Below, piece after piece: positions 28,562-37,649 of a stretch of DNA of 64,000 nucleotides. The notes beneath the pieces were generated by a model. That model saw only the letters and a list, made by a program, of their open reading frames with translations, was not told the origin of the DNA and did not search any database. Position numbers and translations under genes: made by a program. The DNA comes from Planctomycetota bacterium (GTDB lineage Bacteria; Planctomycetota; Phycisphaerae; Phycisphaerales; SM1A02), in the NCBI GenBank assembly GCA_003671025.1, contig QWPW01000013.1:13998-77997 (forward strand), in the 5' to 3' direction. Numbering within the stretch: position 1 is the stretch's first letter; the number at the start of each line of letters is the position of its first letter.

Positions 28562-29241
28562 GCTTTGGACTCGGGCACGGAAAGCCGCTGGTTGCGGGCG
28601 ACGTCGGCATCGAACTGTTGTCGTTGCCTCCGCTGCCCATCGCGGAGTCGGTCGAAGCCGCGCGCGTGGCGCTGGGGTTTGATCCGCGTGCATGGTTCAT
28701 CGAGCCTGCGCGACGATTCGAAATTGAGATCGGTTCGGGCAAGGGCACGTTTCTCTTGCAGCAAACCGAGCTCGAGCCAGAGACGAATTTTCTCGGCATC
28801 GAATGGACCAGCGAGTTTTGGGTGTACGCCGCGGATCGCATTCGTCGTCGCGCGTTGCCCAACGTGAAACTCTTGCGTGGCGATGCCACCGAGTTTCTCC
28901 GCTCGCGTGTGCCCGACCAAATCGTCTCGGTGATTCATCTCTACTTCAGCGATCCGTGGCCCAAGACGCGTCATCACAAACGTCGCGTGGTGCAGGATCA
29001 CACGCTGCGCGAGTTCCATCGTGTGCTTGCGCCGCAAGGCGAATTGCGCATCGTGACTGATCACGATGCGTTGTGGCAGTGGGACCTTGAGCACATCGAT
29101 CGCGCGCGGCATCTCTTCGAGCGGCGTGCGTTTGAGCGTCCCAGCAGTGCTGGTGAAGGCGAGTTGGTGGGCACCAACTTCGAGCGCAAGTTTCGCCGCG
29201 AGGGGCGACCCTTTCACGCGATGACGCTCGTGCGTCTCTGA
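28558..29241 (+). CDS. trmB: tRNA (guanine46-N7)-methyltransferase
   Basis: EIEIGSGKGTFLL..NFLGIE...LLRGDA..FL......S.IHLYFSDPWPKTRHHKRR. GTG start overlaps the hydrolase stop (GTGA). Confidence 0.85.
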   Translation: MSFGLGHGKPLVAGDVGIELLSLPPLPIAESVEAARVALGFDPRAWFIEPARRFEIEIGSGKGTFLLQQTELEPETNFLGIEWTSEFWVYAADRIRRRALPNVKLLRGDATEFLRSRVPDQIVSVIHLYFSDPWPKTRHHKRRVVQDHTLREFHRVLAPQGELRIVTDHDALWQWDLEHIDRARHLFERRAFERPSSAGEGELVGTNFERKFRREGRPFHAMTLVRL

Positions 29242-29371
29242 GTCGCACGCGCATGAACGTTGGCGCGGCGCGCGATTTCGCGCCGATTCATAGCATTTGC
29301 GCCGTCCGCACTCTCACGCGGGAGTCACGCCCATGCATGTGCGCGGCGCGCGGGCACGAGACGCGAGGCGC

Positions 29372-29860
<489 letters not shown>

Positions 29861-29904
29861 GGCGTGCTGCATCGATAGTCGGGGGAGTGGGGGCGTGATG
29901 ATGA

Positions 29905-30273
29905 TCACTCTTGCGCGTTTGTGGGGCCGATCGGCCTTCGCCACGTGTAGTCTTGATCTTTTTCTAGCGCGGTGGCCGACTGCTTGATGCAGCGGCGGCA
30001 CAAGCTTGCGTCAGGGCGCTCGGAACTGCTCCAAATCTCGTCCTCGCGCTCCTCGAGGCACATGGTGCAGGCGAGTCCTTCGGTGCGATGGTTCTGCCCC
30101 TCATGCACGATGGCTTGGTAGGCCAACGAGAGGCATTCGCCACACACATGACTTCCATGATGTCCCTCGAGCATCGGACGCGATGGATCGTCGGGATCCC
30201 ACGGCTGACCGCAGAAATTACACAGAACATCTTCGTACTGGACATTCGTTTCATCGGTACCTACTCGAAACAC
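29905..30273 (-). CDS. Small protein with two ClpX-type zinc-ribbon-like motifs
   Basis: 122 aa. CNFC-x22-CGEC followed by LSLAYQAIV (compare ClpX CSFC-x18-CDEC VDLCNDII), and a second CTMC-x19-CRRC followed by IKQSATAL. Confidence 0.55.
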   Translation of the reverse strand: MFRVGTDETNVQYEDVLCNFCGQPWDPDDPSRPMLEGHHGSHVCGECLSLAYQAIVHEGQNHRTEGLACTMCLEEREDEIWSSSERPDASLCRRCIKQSATALEKDQDYTWRRPIGPTNAQE

Positions 30274-30360
30274 GCGCGACTCCTTGCGAGGACTGTCAGA
30301 GGACTGTCAGAAAACGATCCGAGGACGCTCAGAAGCGTTGAACCAGTAGACTTGCTGGTC

Positions 30361-31923
30361 ATGGCGCAAGGTATCTCACTTGCTAACAAGTGTCAGATCC
30401 TCTTTGGGCTCGCGGTCTTCGCGCTGCTCGGAGCCGCGCTCTCCGTTCCGTGGAACCGCACCGGCGCGATTGTTTCCGCGAGTCAACTCGAGGTGTCGCG
30501 ACAGCTCGCGGACACCTGGTTTGAGAATGGGTTTTCCATCGGCCGCAGTGAGGGCAGCTCTATTCCGATGCGCGTCATTCGCGTCGATGAAGTTTTGTTT
30601 GGCAGTGGCGATGAAGACACATTTCTCGAGCAGAGTCTCGCCGTGTTCGAAGGCGATACCAACACTGCGGAGCGATTCGAGCGCACCCAAGTTGGTGAAG
30701 GCATTCGCTATCGCTATGTACGTGCGATTCGCGAACGCGAGTGGCGCGTCATCGCCGATCGCAAGTACATCGATTGGGCGCCGCGCAGTGGATCGGTTCG
30801 CCCCGACGATGCGCTGGCGGCGATGCTGCTTATCGATCGCACCAGCATCTTCGCCGAAGCGCAGATTCTGGAGAACCGCGTCTACATCGTCGCGTCGGGT
30901 CTGGTCGCAGGCTCGCTGGCCATGTTGGTCTTCCATTGGATTTTGACGCGAGTGATTTTTCGGCCCGTGCGCGCACTCACTGCGGTGGCGGAACGCATCG
31001 AGCAGGGCAGCACCAGCGCGCGCAGCGGTTTGGTCACGGGCGACGATTTTCAGCGGCTTTCCCGCGCTTTTGATGGCATGCTCGATCGACTCGAAGTGGG
31101 ACAAGCACAGTTGCAACAAGTGAATCAGAGTCTCGATCTCAAGATCAGCGAACTCGCCGAAACCAACGTCGGTCTCTTCGAATCGAATCGTCTCAAGAGT
31201 GAGTTCCTCGCCAATGTGTCGCATGAATTGCGCACGCCGCTCAACTCCATCATCGGCTTCGCTGAGTTGCTCGATGAGATCGCTCGTCATGATGCCGCGG
31301 CGGATCCCAAGCGCGTGCGTTACATCGGCAACATTCTTTCGAGCGGGCGCAATCTGCTGGAGATGATCAACGAACTCTTGCAGATGGCCAAGATCGAAGC
31401 GGGACGATTGGAAGTCAGCATTGGTCCCACCAGTGTTCGCGATGTGATCGGAGGACTCGCAGTGATCATGCGCCCGCAGTCGGGAGCGAAGGGAATCACT
31501 ATCGAAACCAGTTTCGACGGTGAACTTCCTAGCATCGAAAGCGATGCCGGCAAACTGCAGCAGATCCTCTACAACTTCGTCTCCAACGCGATCAAGTTTT
31601 CGCCTGAGGGCACGGGCATTTCCATCAGTGCTTCGTTGCTCACGGTGGATGGGGTGGAGCAGGTGCGCATCCGCGTGACCGATCAAGGCCCGGGTATTCC
31701 GCTCGACATGCAAGAAACGATCTTCGAGAAGTTTCGCCAAGTCGATGCGAGCCACACGCGCGCGCATTCGGGAACGGGATTGGGATTGGCGATCTGTCGC
31801 GAGCTCGCCGACCGTCTCGGCGCCCGCGTTGCGCTCGAGTCCATCCCTACTCAGGGCGCGACATTCTCGGTTGATGTACCGGTTGTGTTCAAGGGTCGTC
31901 AGTTGGAACCGTTGATGGCATGA
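30361..31923 (+). CDS. Sensor histidine kinase (2 TM, periplasmic domain, HAMP, HisKA, HATPase_c)
   Basis: ATG at 30361. H-box FLANVSHELRTPLNSI, N-box LYNFVSNAIKFSPEG, G1 DQGPGI, G2 GTGLGLAICREL. No response regulator adjacent. Confidence 0.85.
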   Translation: MAQGISLANKCQILFGLAVFALLGAALSVPWNRTGAIVSASQLEVSRQLADTWFENGFSIGRSEGSSIPMRVIRVDEVLFGSGDEDTFLEQSLAVFEGDTNTAERFERTQVGEGIRYRYVRAIREREWRVIADRKYIDWAPRSGSVRPDDALAAMLLIDRTSIFAEAQILENRVYIVASGLVAGSLAMLVFHWILTRVIFRPVRALTAVAERIEQGSTSARSGLVTGDDFQRLSRAFDGMLDRLEVGQAQLQQVNQSLDLKISELAETNVGLFESNRLKSEFLANVSHELRTPLNSIIGFAELLDEIARHDAAADPKRVRYIGNILSSGRNLLEMINELLQMAKIEAGRLEVSIGPTSVRDVIGGLAVIMRPQSGAKGITIETSFDGELPSIESDAGKLQQILYNFVSNAIKFSPEGTGISISASLLTVDGVEQVRIRVTDQGPGIPLDMQETIFEKFRQVDASHTRAHSGTGLGLAICRELADRLGARVALESIPTQGATFSVDVPVVFKGRQLEPLMA

Positions 31924-32519
31924 GCGGCAGTTACCACATGTTTCTCGCGCAGCTGAAGCCTTGGACGCCCGGGTTCAATGATCCGACTCCGCTGGGATTC
32001 GCGGTGTGCGCCGCGTATTTGTTGGTGGCGTGGCTCGCGTACCGCGCATGGCGAGGTGAGCGCGGCACACACACGAAACTGGCGCGCGCGTGGTTCGTGC
32101 TCATGCTGCTGCTGCTGTTGCTGGGCATCAACAAGCAAGTCGATATGCAAACATTGGCCACGCAGATTGCGCGCGCGATCGCGAAAGACAATGGTTGGTA
32201 TCGCGAGCGAAAGGCACCGCAGCTGATCGTGCTCGCGATTGCCTGCGCGCTGGCGCTGTGCACCGTGGTGTGGATTGCGTGGACTCTACGACGCGAGCTC
32301 CGACGCATTTGGCCGGCGCTGATGGGACTCACGCTCATCGGCGTGTACATCGCCGCGCGCGTGACCTCGGTTCATGTCATCGATGGGTTTCTGCGCTCGG
32401 GCCCGATCAAGATCATGTCGATGGTGGAGCCTGTGGGATTAGCGCTTATCGCTTGGGGCATCGTGCGCGGCACGTCGCGTCGCGTGAGCAGCGCGGCATT
32501 CACCACCCATCAATCGTGA
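31920..32519 (+). CDS. Hypothetical multi-pass membrane protein
   Basis: 199 aa with an ATGA overlap on the kinase stop and about 5 hydrophobic segments. No family recognised. Confidence 0.5.
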   Translation: MSGSYHMFLAQLKPWTPGFNDPTPLGFAVCAAYLLVAWLAYRAWRGERGTHTKLARAWFVLMLLLLLLGINKQVDMQTLATQIARAIAKDNGWYRERKAPQLIVLAIACALALCTVVWIAWTLRRELRRIWPALMGLTLIGVYIAARVTSVHVIDGFLRSGPIKIMSMVEPVGLALIAWGIVRGTSRRVSSAAFTTHQS

Positions 32520-33838
32520 CGCAGCGCTTCGATGGGATCTTTGCGACTGGCGATGATTGCGGGATAAATTCCAAACACGAGCCCAACGCCCGCGGCAACG
32601 ACGAAGCTCACGACGATGCTCCAAGTGGTCACACTCGGCTCGAGCGTGAGTCGTCCCTCAAAGGCGCCCGCGAGAAACGGCAGTCGCACCAGCGCGCCCA
32701 CCAGCGGCTGCAATCCCCAAGAAATGCCCACGCCCAGCAGGATTCCCAGCATTCCGCCGATCATGGAAAGCGCGCCCGTCTCCACCAGAAATTGCAGCAC
32801 GATGTCTCGTCGCGTGGCGCCGAGCGCGCGGCGAATGCCGATCTCGCGGGTGCGTTCGGTGACCGACGCCAACATGATGTTCATGATGCCGATGCCGCCC
32901 ACCAGCAGCGAGATTCCTGCGACCACCACCAGCATGATGTTCCACACCATCATCTGACGCTTGGCGTTTTCCAGCAGTTCCCACGGGACCACGATTTGCA
33001 CATCGGTGAGTGCGACGTGACCGCTCTCGATCACGCGGCGCACGCGTTCGGCGATGGGAACAACGTCATCGGTTTCGGGCGCAACCACGTAGAGCTCGGA
33101 CAACTCGACTTGCTCGCCGCTGAATGATCCCGAAGTACGACGCATCACCATGTCGCCGAATTGCGACTCCGCAGTCGTGATAGGAATGTGAATGTCCTTG
33201 TTGAGATCGCGTCCGACCAACGCTGATCCGCGTCCGCCGGCGAGACCAACAGGCTCGAGCACACCGACCACGCGAAACACGGTGCCATCGACTTTGATGG
33301 TCGCGCCAATGGGATCGCGAAAGCGAAAGAACTGCTTGGAGATTTCGCTGCCGATCACGCACACGGGCGCGCGCGAGATCAGATCTTCGGCGCTGAGATA
33401 GCGGCTGCGCGGCTCGAGATGAAGTCGCGCAACATCAAGCAGCGCGGGAGTGGTGCCAAAGACCTGGCTGCTGATGCGCTGGTCTTCATAGGACACATCG
33501 CTGCCCACCGCTTTGAGCGGAACCACCGCCATCGCATCGGGGAGCGCCGCTTGCAGGCGACGCAGATCTTGTCGCAGCAATCCGTAGGCGACGAAAAAAG
33601 TGCGCGCCGCGCCTGAGTTTGCGGCCTCGGGCGGTTTCGACGAACGCACGATGATGTTGGTCGCACCGAGCGCGGAAACTTCGCGCAGCGCGGTGATCTT
33701 GTTTCCTTCGCCGACTGCAACCACCACGATGACCGCGGCCACACCGAGGATGATGCCCAAACTCGTGAGCGTCGATCGCAGCTTGTGCAGCAACAAATTG
33801 CGCAGGCCGAGACGAATGATTTCGAGAAGAAAACCCAT
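32510..33838 (-). CDS. ABC transporter permease, MacB/LolC/FtsX type
   Basis: From the ATG at 33838: MGFLLEIIRLGLRNLLLHKLRSTLTSLGIILGVAAVI, a large periplasmic domain, and C-terminal FtsX TMs with ..ERTREIGIRRALGA.. The 3' end overlaps the upstream plus-strand gene by 10 nt. No ATPase gene adjacent. Confidence 0.75.
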   Translation of the reverse strand: MGFLLEIIRLGLRNLLLHKLRSTLTSLGIILGVAAVIVVVAVGEGNKITALREVSALGATNIIVRSSKPPEAANSGAARTFFVAYGLLRQDLRRLQAALPDAMAVVPLKAVGSDVSYEDQRISSQVFGTTPALLDVARLHLEPRSRYLSAEDLISRAPVCVIGSEISKQFFRFRDPIGATIKVDGTVFRVVGVLEPVGLAGGRGSALVGRDLNKDIHIPITTAESQFGDMVMRRTSGSFSGEQVELSELYVVAPETDDVVPIAERVRRVIESGHVALTDVQIVVPWELLENAKRQMMVWNIMLVVVAGISLLVGGIGIMNIMLASVTERTREIGIRRALGATRRDIVLQFLVETGALSMIGGMLGILLGVGISWGLQPLVGALVRLPFLAGAFEGRLTLEPSVTTWSIVVSFVVAAGVGLVFGIYPAIIASRKDPIEALRHD

Positions 33839-33959
33839 GAGTGAGAATCGGGGGTCACAAGAAAGAGACGCGCCGCAAATTTCTGCGACGCGAGAACGAA
33901 GCGCGATGCCACGCGTGCCTACGCAACGGTGGTGCTGAGGGCGATGGTATCTTCCGCTG

Positions 33960-34271
33960 ATGTCTTCCGACGGCGCCGAACCAAACATCCGTCTCGGTGC
34001 CGAGCGTGAAGCAGAGCAGTCGTGGATCTGGCACGCATCGATCGATGCACCTGAAGGATCAACGCTGCACGAACTGCGACTTTCGTGGGCCGATTACAAC
34101 ATCTACTCGCCTGATGGATCGCGCACACCTGCGGACGTAGGTCGCGCAGTGCTTCAGTTTTTTGCGCACCATCGCGCATCGTTTCCGTTGCGCGAGCGAC
34201 TCGACGCCTCGATGGCGCGGATGCGAATTCGTGGCGCGGATGCAGAAATCATCGGCAATCTCGGCAAGTGA
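33960..34271 (+). CDS. Hypothetical small protein
   Basis: 103-aa ORF with genome-typical codon usage. No motif recognised. Confidence 0.4.
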   Translation: MSSDGAEPNIRLGAEREAEQSWIWHASIDAPEGSTLHELRLSWADYNIYSPDGSRTPADVGRAVLQFFAHHRASFPLRERLDASMARMRIRGADAEIIGNLGK

Positions 34272-34277
34272 AGAGTG

Positions 34278-36134
34278 CTAGCGCGCGTCGTCAGATGCGT
34301 CGTTCTTCGAAGCCGCGTTCGCTTGCCACACTTCAACTGCGCCATGTCCCCAATCGGCCCAGCCGGCGAAGTCCGCGATGTGGTGAGAGTTGGATTCCAA
34401 GGTGGCGCGCACGCGGGCATCAAGCCGCTGCGGATAGAGCACGATGATGAAGTGTGGATGCTGCTCGGTGATCACTTGCGCGAGCGTGCTTCCGAGGAAT
34501 CCTGTCGCGGTCGCGCGAAATCCCAACTGTTGGGTGTAGAAGCCGACCACGTTGTCGGGAAGTCCGATGGTTGCAACATCATCGCGCTCTGCCGCCGCAC
34601 TGGCGTGAAGCATCGTTCGCTGCGCGGCGACAAACTCCACCGCAGCGCGAATCGGCTGCTTTTCGCGGTAAAACCAGATGGACGCGAGCGCGGAGCCTGT
34701 CATTAGCGCAATCAACGCGATGCGCGCGCCATTGAACTGCCTGTGCATGAACCCAGATATGAACCCAGATATGAACCACGGATCGAGCGCGCGATCAAGC
34801 AATCGATGGAGCGCGTAGGTGACGGCGACCACACTCATCGGCAGCGCAAACAGCAGGAAGCGCGCGTAGATCCAAGTGTTACAGCAGAGAGCCAACGCCA
34901 GCGCTAAAACGAAGGCGAGTGCCAAGGGCGCCAACGCCGCGCGCGCGCGTTGCGTGTCGCCGCGCGGCTCGAGCGTGATCATGAATCCGCCCAGCAGCGC
35001 GGTGAGCAACAACAACGGTGACGGCACTTGCCACCACACACTCCACGAGAGCGTGAGTCCGATCAGCGCTTCGTATCCTTCGCGCGAAAAAACTGTGGGC
35101 TGCGTCGCGGAACTGAGCGTGTAATCGCTCGAGGTGGTCAGCACATCACTCAACAGCGGAGCCAAGAGCACGAGTGCGAGCACGCCGGCGGCGAGTGACG
35201 CGAGAGTCAGCGCGCGCGCGTGCGCATCAACTCGGCAACGAGTGAGTCCAATGATTCCTGCGGCGATGGGCAGCAGCAGCGCGACGGGATGACTCCACGC
35301 GGCCAATGCGCAGGCCACGGCGAACACCGCGTAATGAACCGATGCATCGCACGCGCGCGTCGAAAGTTCGCGCCGCGTGCGTGCCAGCGCGAGCGTCGCC
35401 ACCATCGAGAACAAGATCACCAATGCGTAGCCACGCGCTTCCGCGGATTCGATGACGGCAATGGGCGCGAGCGCCATCACCCACGCGCCGATGATTGCGG
35501 CGCGCGTGTCTAAGAGTGTTCGCGCGAGGGCAAAAGCCACGGGAATCGCGGCGATTCCCGCGATCAACGCGGGCGCGCGAATCGTCCATTCAGAAGTCGA
35601 GCCGGTGAACGTCCACGCCAGCCACGTCGCGATTGTTTGCGGCACATGGTTGGTGGGCACCGCATACGAACCAAACGCGACGAACGGTCCATACACCGCG
35701 AAGGAGAGGAACGACGAAATCTCGTCGTACCACAGGCTTTGCGATGCAATCGATAGACGCAAGATTGCCCCGACCAAGACTGCGCCCGCAAGAGCGATGG
35801 TCGCGTTGCGTGTTGGCGATGGAGCGCGCTCGGGAGCAACGACGATGCTCGCAGTCACACGCGTCAGCATCCACATCAGCAGCGGCATTGCGACGCTCGC
35901 GAGGAGCAGTGCCGCGCGAAAGAATTCCGCGCCACGCACAGTGGCTTGCGGAATCGCGCCACCGATGAGAGCCATGCGCGACGGATGGGCAAACAACTCG
36001 GCGTAGGTCGAAGTCGAAACCAACGCCAATGCAAGGCAAACGAGCGCATAGAGCGTCGTCACTGGAAGCACGAAGTTGCGGCGAGGCGCGTGCACTGCTG
36101 GTGAAGCTGGCGAGTTTCGTCTGCGCGTACCCAT
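34278..36134 (-). CDS. Polytopic membrane glycosyltransferase, GT-C fold (family 39 / ArnT/PMT-like)
   Basis: More than 10 TM segments with a first-loop acidic motif SLWYDEISSF and a soluble C-terminal domain. The ATG at 36134 avoids overlapping the upstream MFS gene. Confidence 0.5.
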   Translation of the reverse strand: MGTRRRNSPASPAVHAPRRNFVLPVTTLYALVCLALALVSTSTYAELFAHPSRMALIGGAIPQATVRGAEFFRAALLLASVAMPLLMWMLTRVTASIVVAPERAPSPTRNATIALAGAVLVGAILRLSIASQSLWYDEISSFLSFAVYGPFVAFGSYAVPTNHVPQTIATWLAWTFTGSTSEWTIRAPALIAGIAAIPVAFALARTLLDTRAAIIGAWVMALAPIAVIESAEARGYALVILFSMVATLALARTRRELSTRACDASVHYAVFAVACALAAWSHPVALLLPIAAGIIGLTRCRVDAHARALTLASLAAGVLALVLLAPLLSDVLTTSSDYTLSSATQPTVFSREGYEALIGLTLSWSVWWQVPSPLLLLTALLGGFMITLEPRGDTQRARAALAPLALAFVLALALALCCNTWIYARFLLFALPMSVVAVTYALHRLLDRALDPWFISGFISGFMHRQFNGARIALIALMTGSALASIWFYREKQPIRAAVEFVAAQRTMLHASAAAERDDVATIGLPDNVVGFYTQQLGFRATATGFLGSTLAQVITEQHPHFIIVLYPQRLDARVRATLESNSHHIADFAGWADWGHGAVEVWQANAASKNDASDDAR

Positions 36135-36144
36135 CGCGGACTGA

Positions 36145-37521
36145 CTACGAGTGCGACGATAGTTTGTCATGCGGGTCGATGTCAATCGACTCATCAATCG
36201 ACTCATCAATCGGCTCGTCAATCGACTCAGGAATAGGCACTTCAATCGAGCCTGCGTTGAGTCGCAGCGCCAACGTCGAGGAAATCATGGGAATCGCGCG
36301 CAGCACCTCGACATGGACGAAGGGCACAAAGATGAGTGCGACAAACCGCGCCGCAGTCGAGATTCCAAACACCAATGCATAGGTTTCACTCGTGGGCGCG
36401 CCGCCGAGCAACGCGCCACCAACGAGCGCGCCCGCAGCCATTGCGAGCGAGTTGAGAAAGTAGAAGCCCGTCATCACGCTGGTGCGCTCGTGGGTGGGAA
36501 TCGTTTCGAGGAGCAGCAAGAACGCGGCCAATTCCCATGCGCCTTGCGCGACTCCGCTCATCGCTTGAATCGCATACATCCCCGGCTGTGAACGCACGAA
36601 GATCCAAGGCACGATCATCACTGCGGTGCCGAGCGCGCCCAACACCAAGAGTCGATGCGCGCCATGCGCTCGCGCGTACTTGCCCAGAAACGGAAGCATC
36701 ACGCACTTCGCAGCGAAGCTCGCCGCGATCAATCCGAGATAGAGCGCGGGCGAGGCATCAAGTTCGCTGAGCAGATACGGATTGAGAAACGGCTGGCCCA
36801 TTTGCACGGCGATTTGCATTGCCAACAGCAACGTGACCAATCGCGCGTCGGCGCGGTGCATGAAGTTTTGCGCGAAGTGCCACAGCGGAACTGCTTTGTG
36901 TTCGGGCCAATGATCAGGATCACGTTGACGGCGCAAGTAGGGAATGCTCGCACCGCGCGCGGCGGCGGCGAGAATAAACAGCGCAGCGAATCCTGCGAGT
37001 TCCCATTGCGTGCCATCGGTTGATTGCAGAATCACGCCCGCAACAATGAGCGCGACGAGAATCGCGCCTTGGCACAATCGACTGCGAATACCGAAGTAAT
37101 TGGCGCGAATCGGCGCGGGGAAGCACAGCCCAATCCACGTGTTCCACACGCCGCCAGCAGCGAGCGCGGCCGTCCAATAGATCCCTGCGACCACGAAGAG
37201 AACCCACATCGGCAGCGCGCCCATGAGCGCGCCGAGGATGAGCGGAATGAAACTCACCACTTGCAACGCGGCGCAACATTGAATCCAACGCGAAGGACTC
37301 TTCACGCGCGCGGAGAGCAGCGGGGCGAAGAGTTGCACCGTCGCGCCCACAAGCGGCGGCACTGCGGCGACGAGTCCAGCGAGACGTTCGCTTGAACCGA
37401 GCGCCAAGGCAAACGCCGCGAAGTAGGTTTCGCCCATTCCCACCATCAACGAGTAGGTCACGCCATCGCCAGTGCAGGCGTGAAGATCGCGGCGAAGCGG
37501 AGAGTCCTTGCGAAAGCCCAT
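36145..37521 (-). CDS. MFS-type transporter
   Basis: 458 aa with about 12 TM segments. The C-terminal tail ESIDEPIDESIDESIDID is encoded by a 12-bp tandem repeat. Confidence 0.65.
   Translation of the reverse strand: MGFRKDSPLRRDLHACTGDGVTYSLMVGMGETYFAAFALALGSSERLAGLVAAVPPLVGATVQLFAPLLSARVKSPSRWIQCCAALQVVSFIPLILGALMGALPMWVLFVVAGIYWTAALAAGGVWNTWIGLCFPAPIRANYFGIRSRLCQGAILVALIVAGVILQSTDGTQWELAGFAALFILAAAARGASIPYLRRQRDPDHWPEHKAVPLWHFAQNFMHRADARLVTLLLAMQIAVQMGQPFLNPYLLSELDASPALYLGLIAASFAAKCVMLPFLGKYARAHGAHRLLVLGALGTAVMIVPWIFVRSQPGMYAIQAMSGVAQGAWELAAFLLLLETIPTHERTSVMTGFYFLNSLAMAAGALVGGALLGGAPTSETYALVFGISTAARFVALIFVPFVHVEVLRAIPMISSTLALRLNAGSIEVPIPESIDEPIDESIDESIDIDPHDKLSSHS
36183..36230. repeat. 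12-bp tandem repeat x4 (CAATCGACTCAT)
   Basis: Units at 36183, 36195, 36207 (2 mismatches) and 36219. In frame within the 3' end of the MFS gene. Confidence 0.9.
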
Positions 37522-37572
37522 GCGCGTGCGAGGGTATCACCGCGCACTGATCACGCGCGATGCGCATTCGAC

Positions 37573-37605
37573 AACGCGCGCGTCGTATGCAACGACGCGC
37601 GCGTT
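37573..37605 (-). terminator. Perfect 14-bp-stem hairpin (candidate terminator or operator)
   Basis: AACGCGCGCGTCGT-ATGCA-ACGACGCGCGCGTT. Lies 45 nt downstream of the stop at 37650 and about 50 nt upstream of the MFS start. No clear U-tract on the minus strand. Confidence 0.4.
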
Positions 37606-37649
37606 TCGTGTTGGGCAAGAGTGTTGTCAGAGTTCGAGAGCTGCGCGCG

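Noticed and set aside
30376-31767. 463-aa minus-strand ORF antisense to the histidine kinase; likewise 4663-5946, 26453-27865, 32090-33127, 23504-24511 and 8166-8918
   Set aside because: Each overlaps a gene with recognisable family motifs on the other strand. They are high-GC shadow ORFs.
36135-36245. SRLMSRLMSRLTS-type N-terminus for the GT-C glycosyltransferase
   Set aside because: It arises from reading the 12-bp repeat in another frame, and it would overlap the MFS gene by about 100 nt. The ATG at 36134 was preferred.
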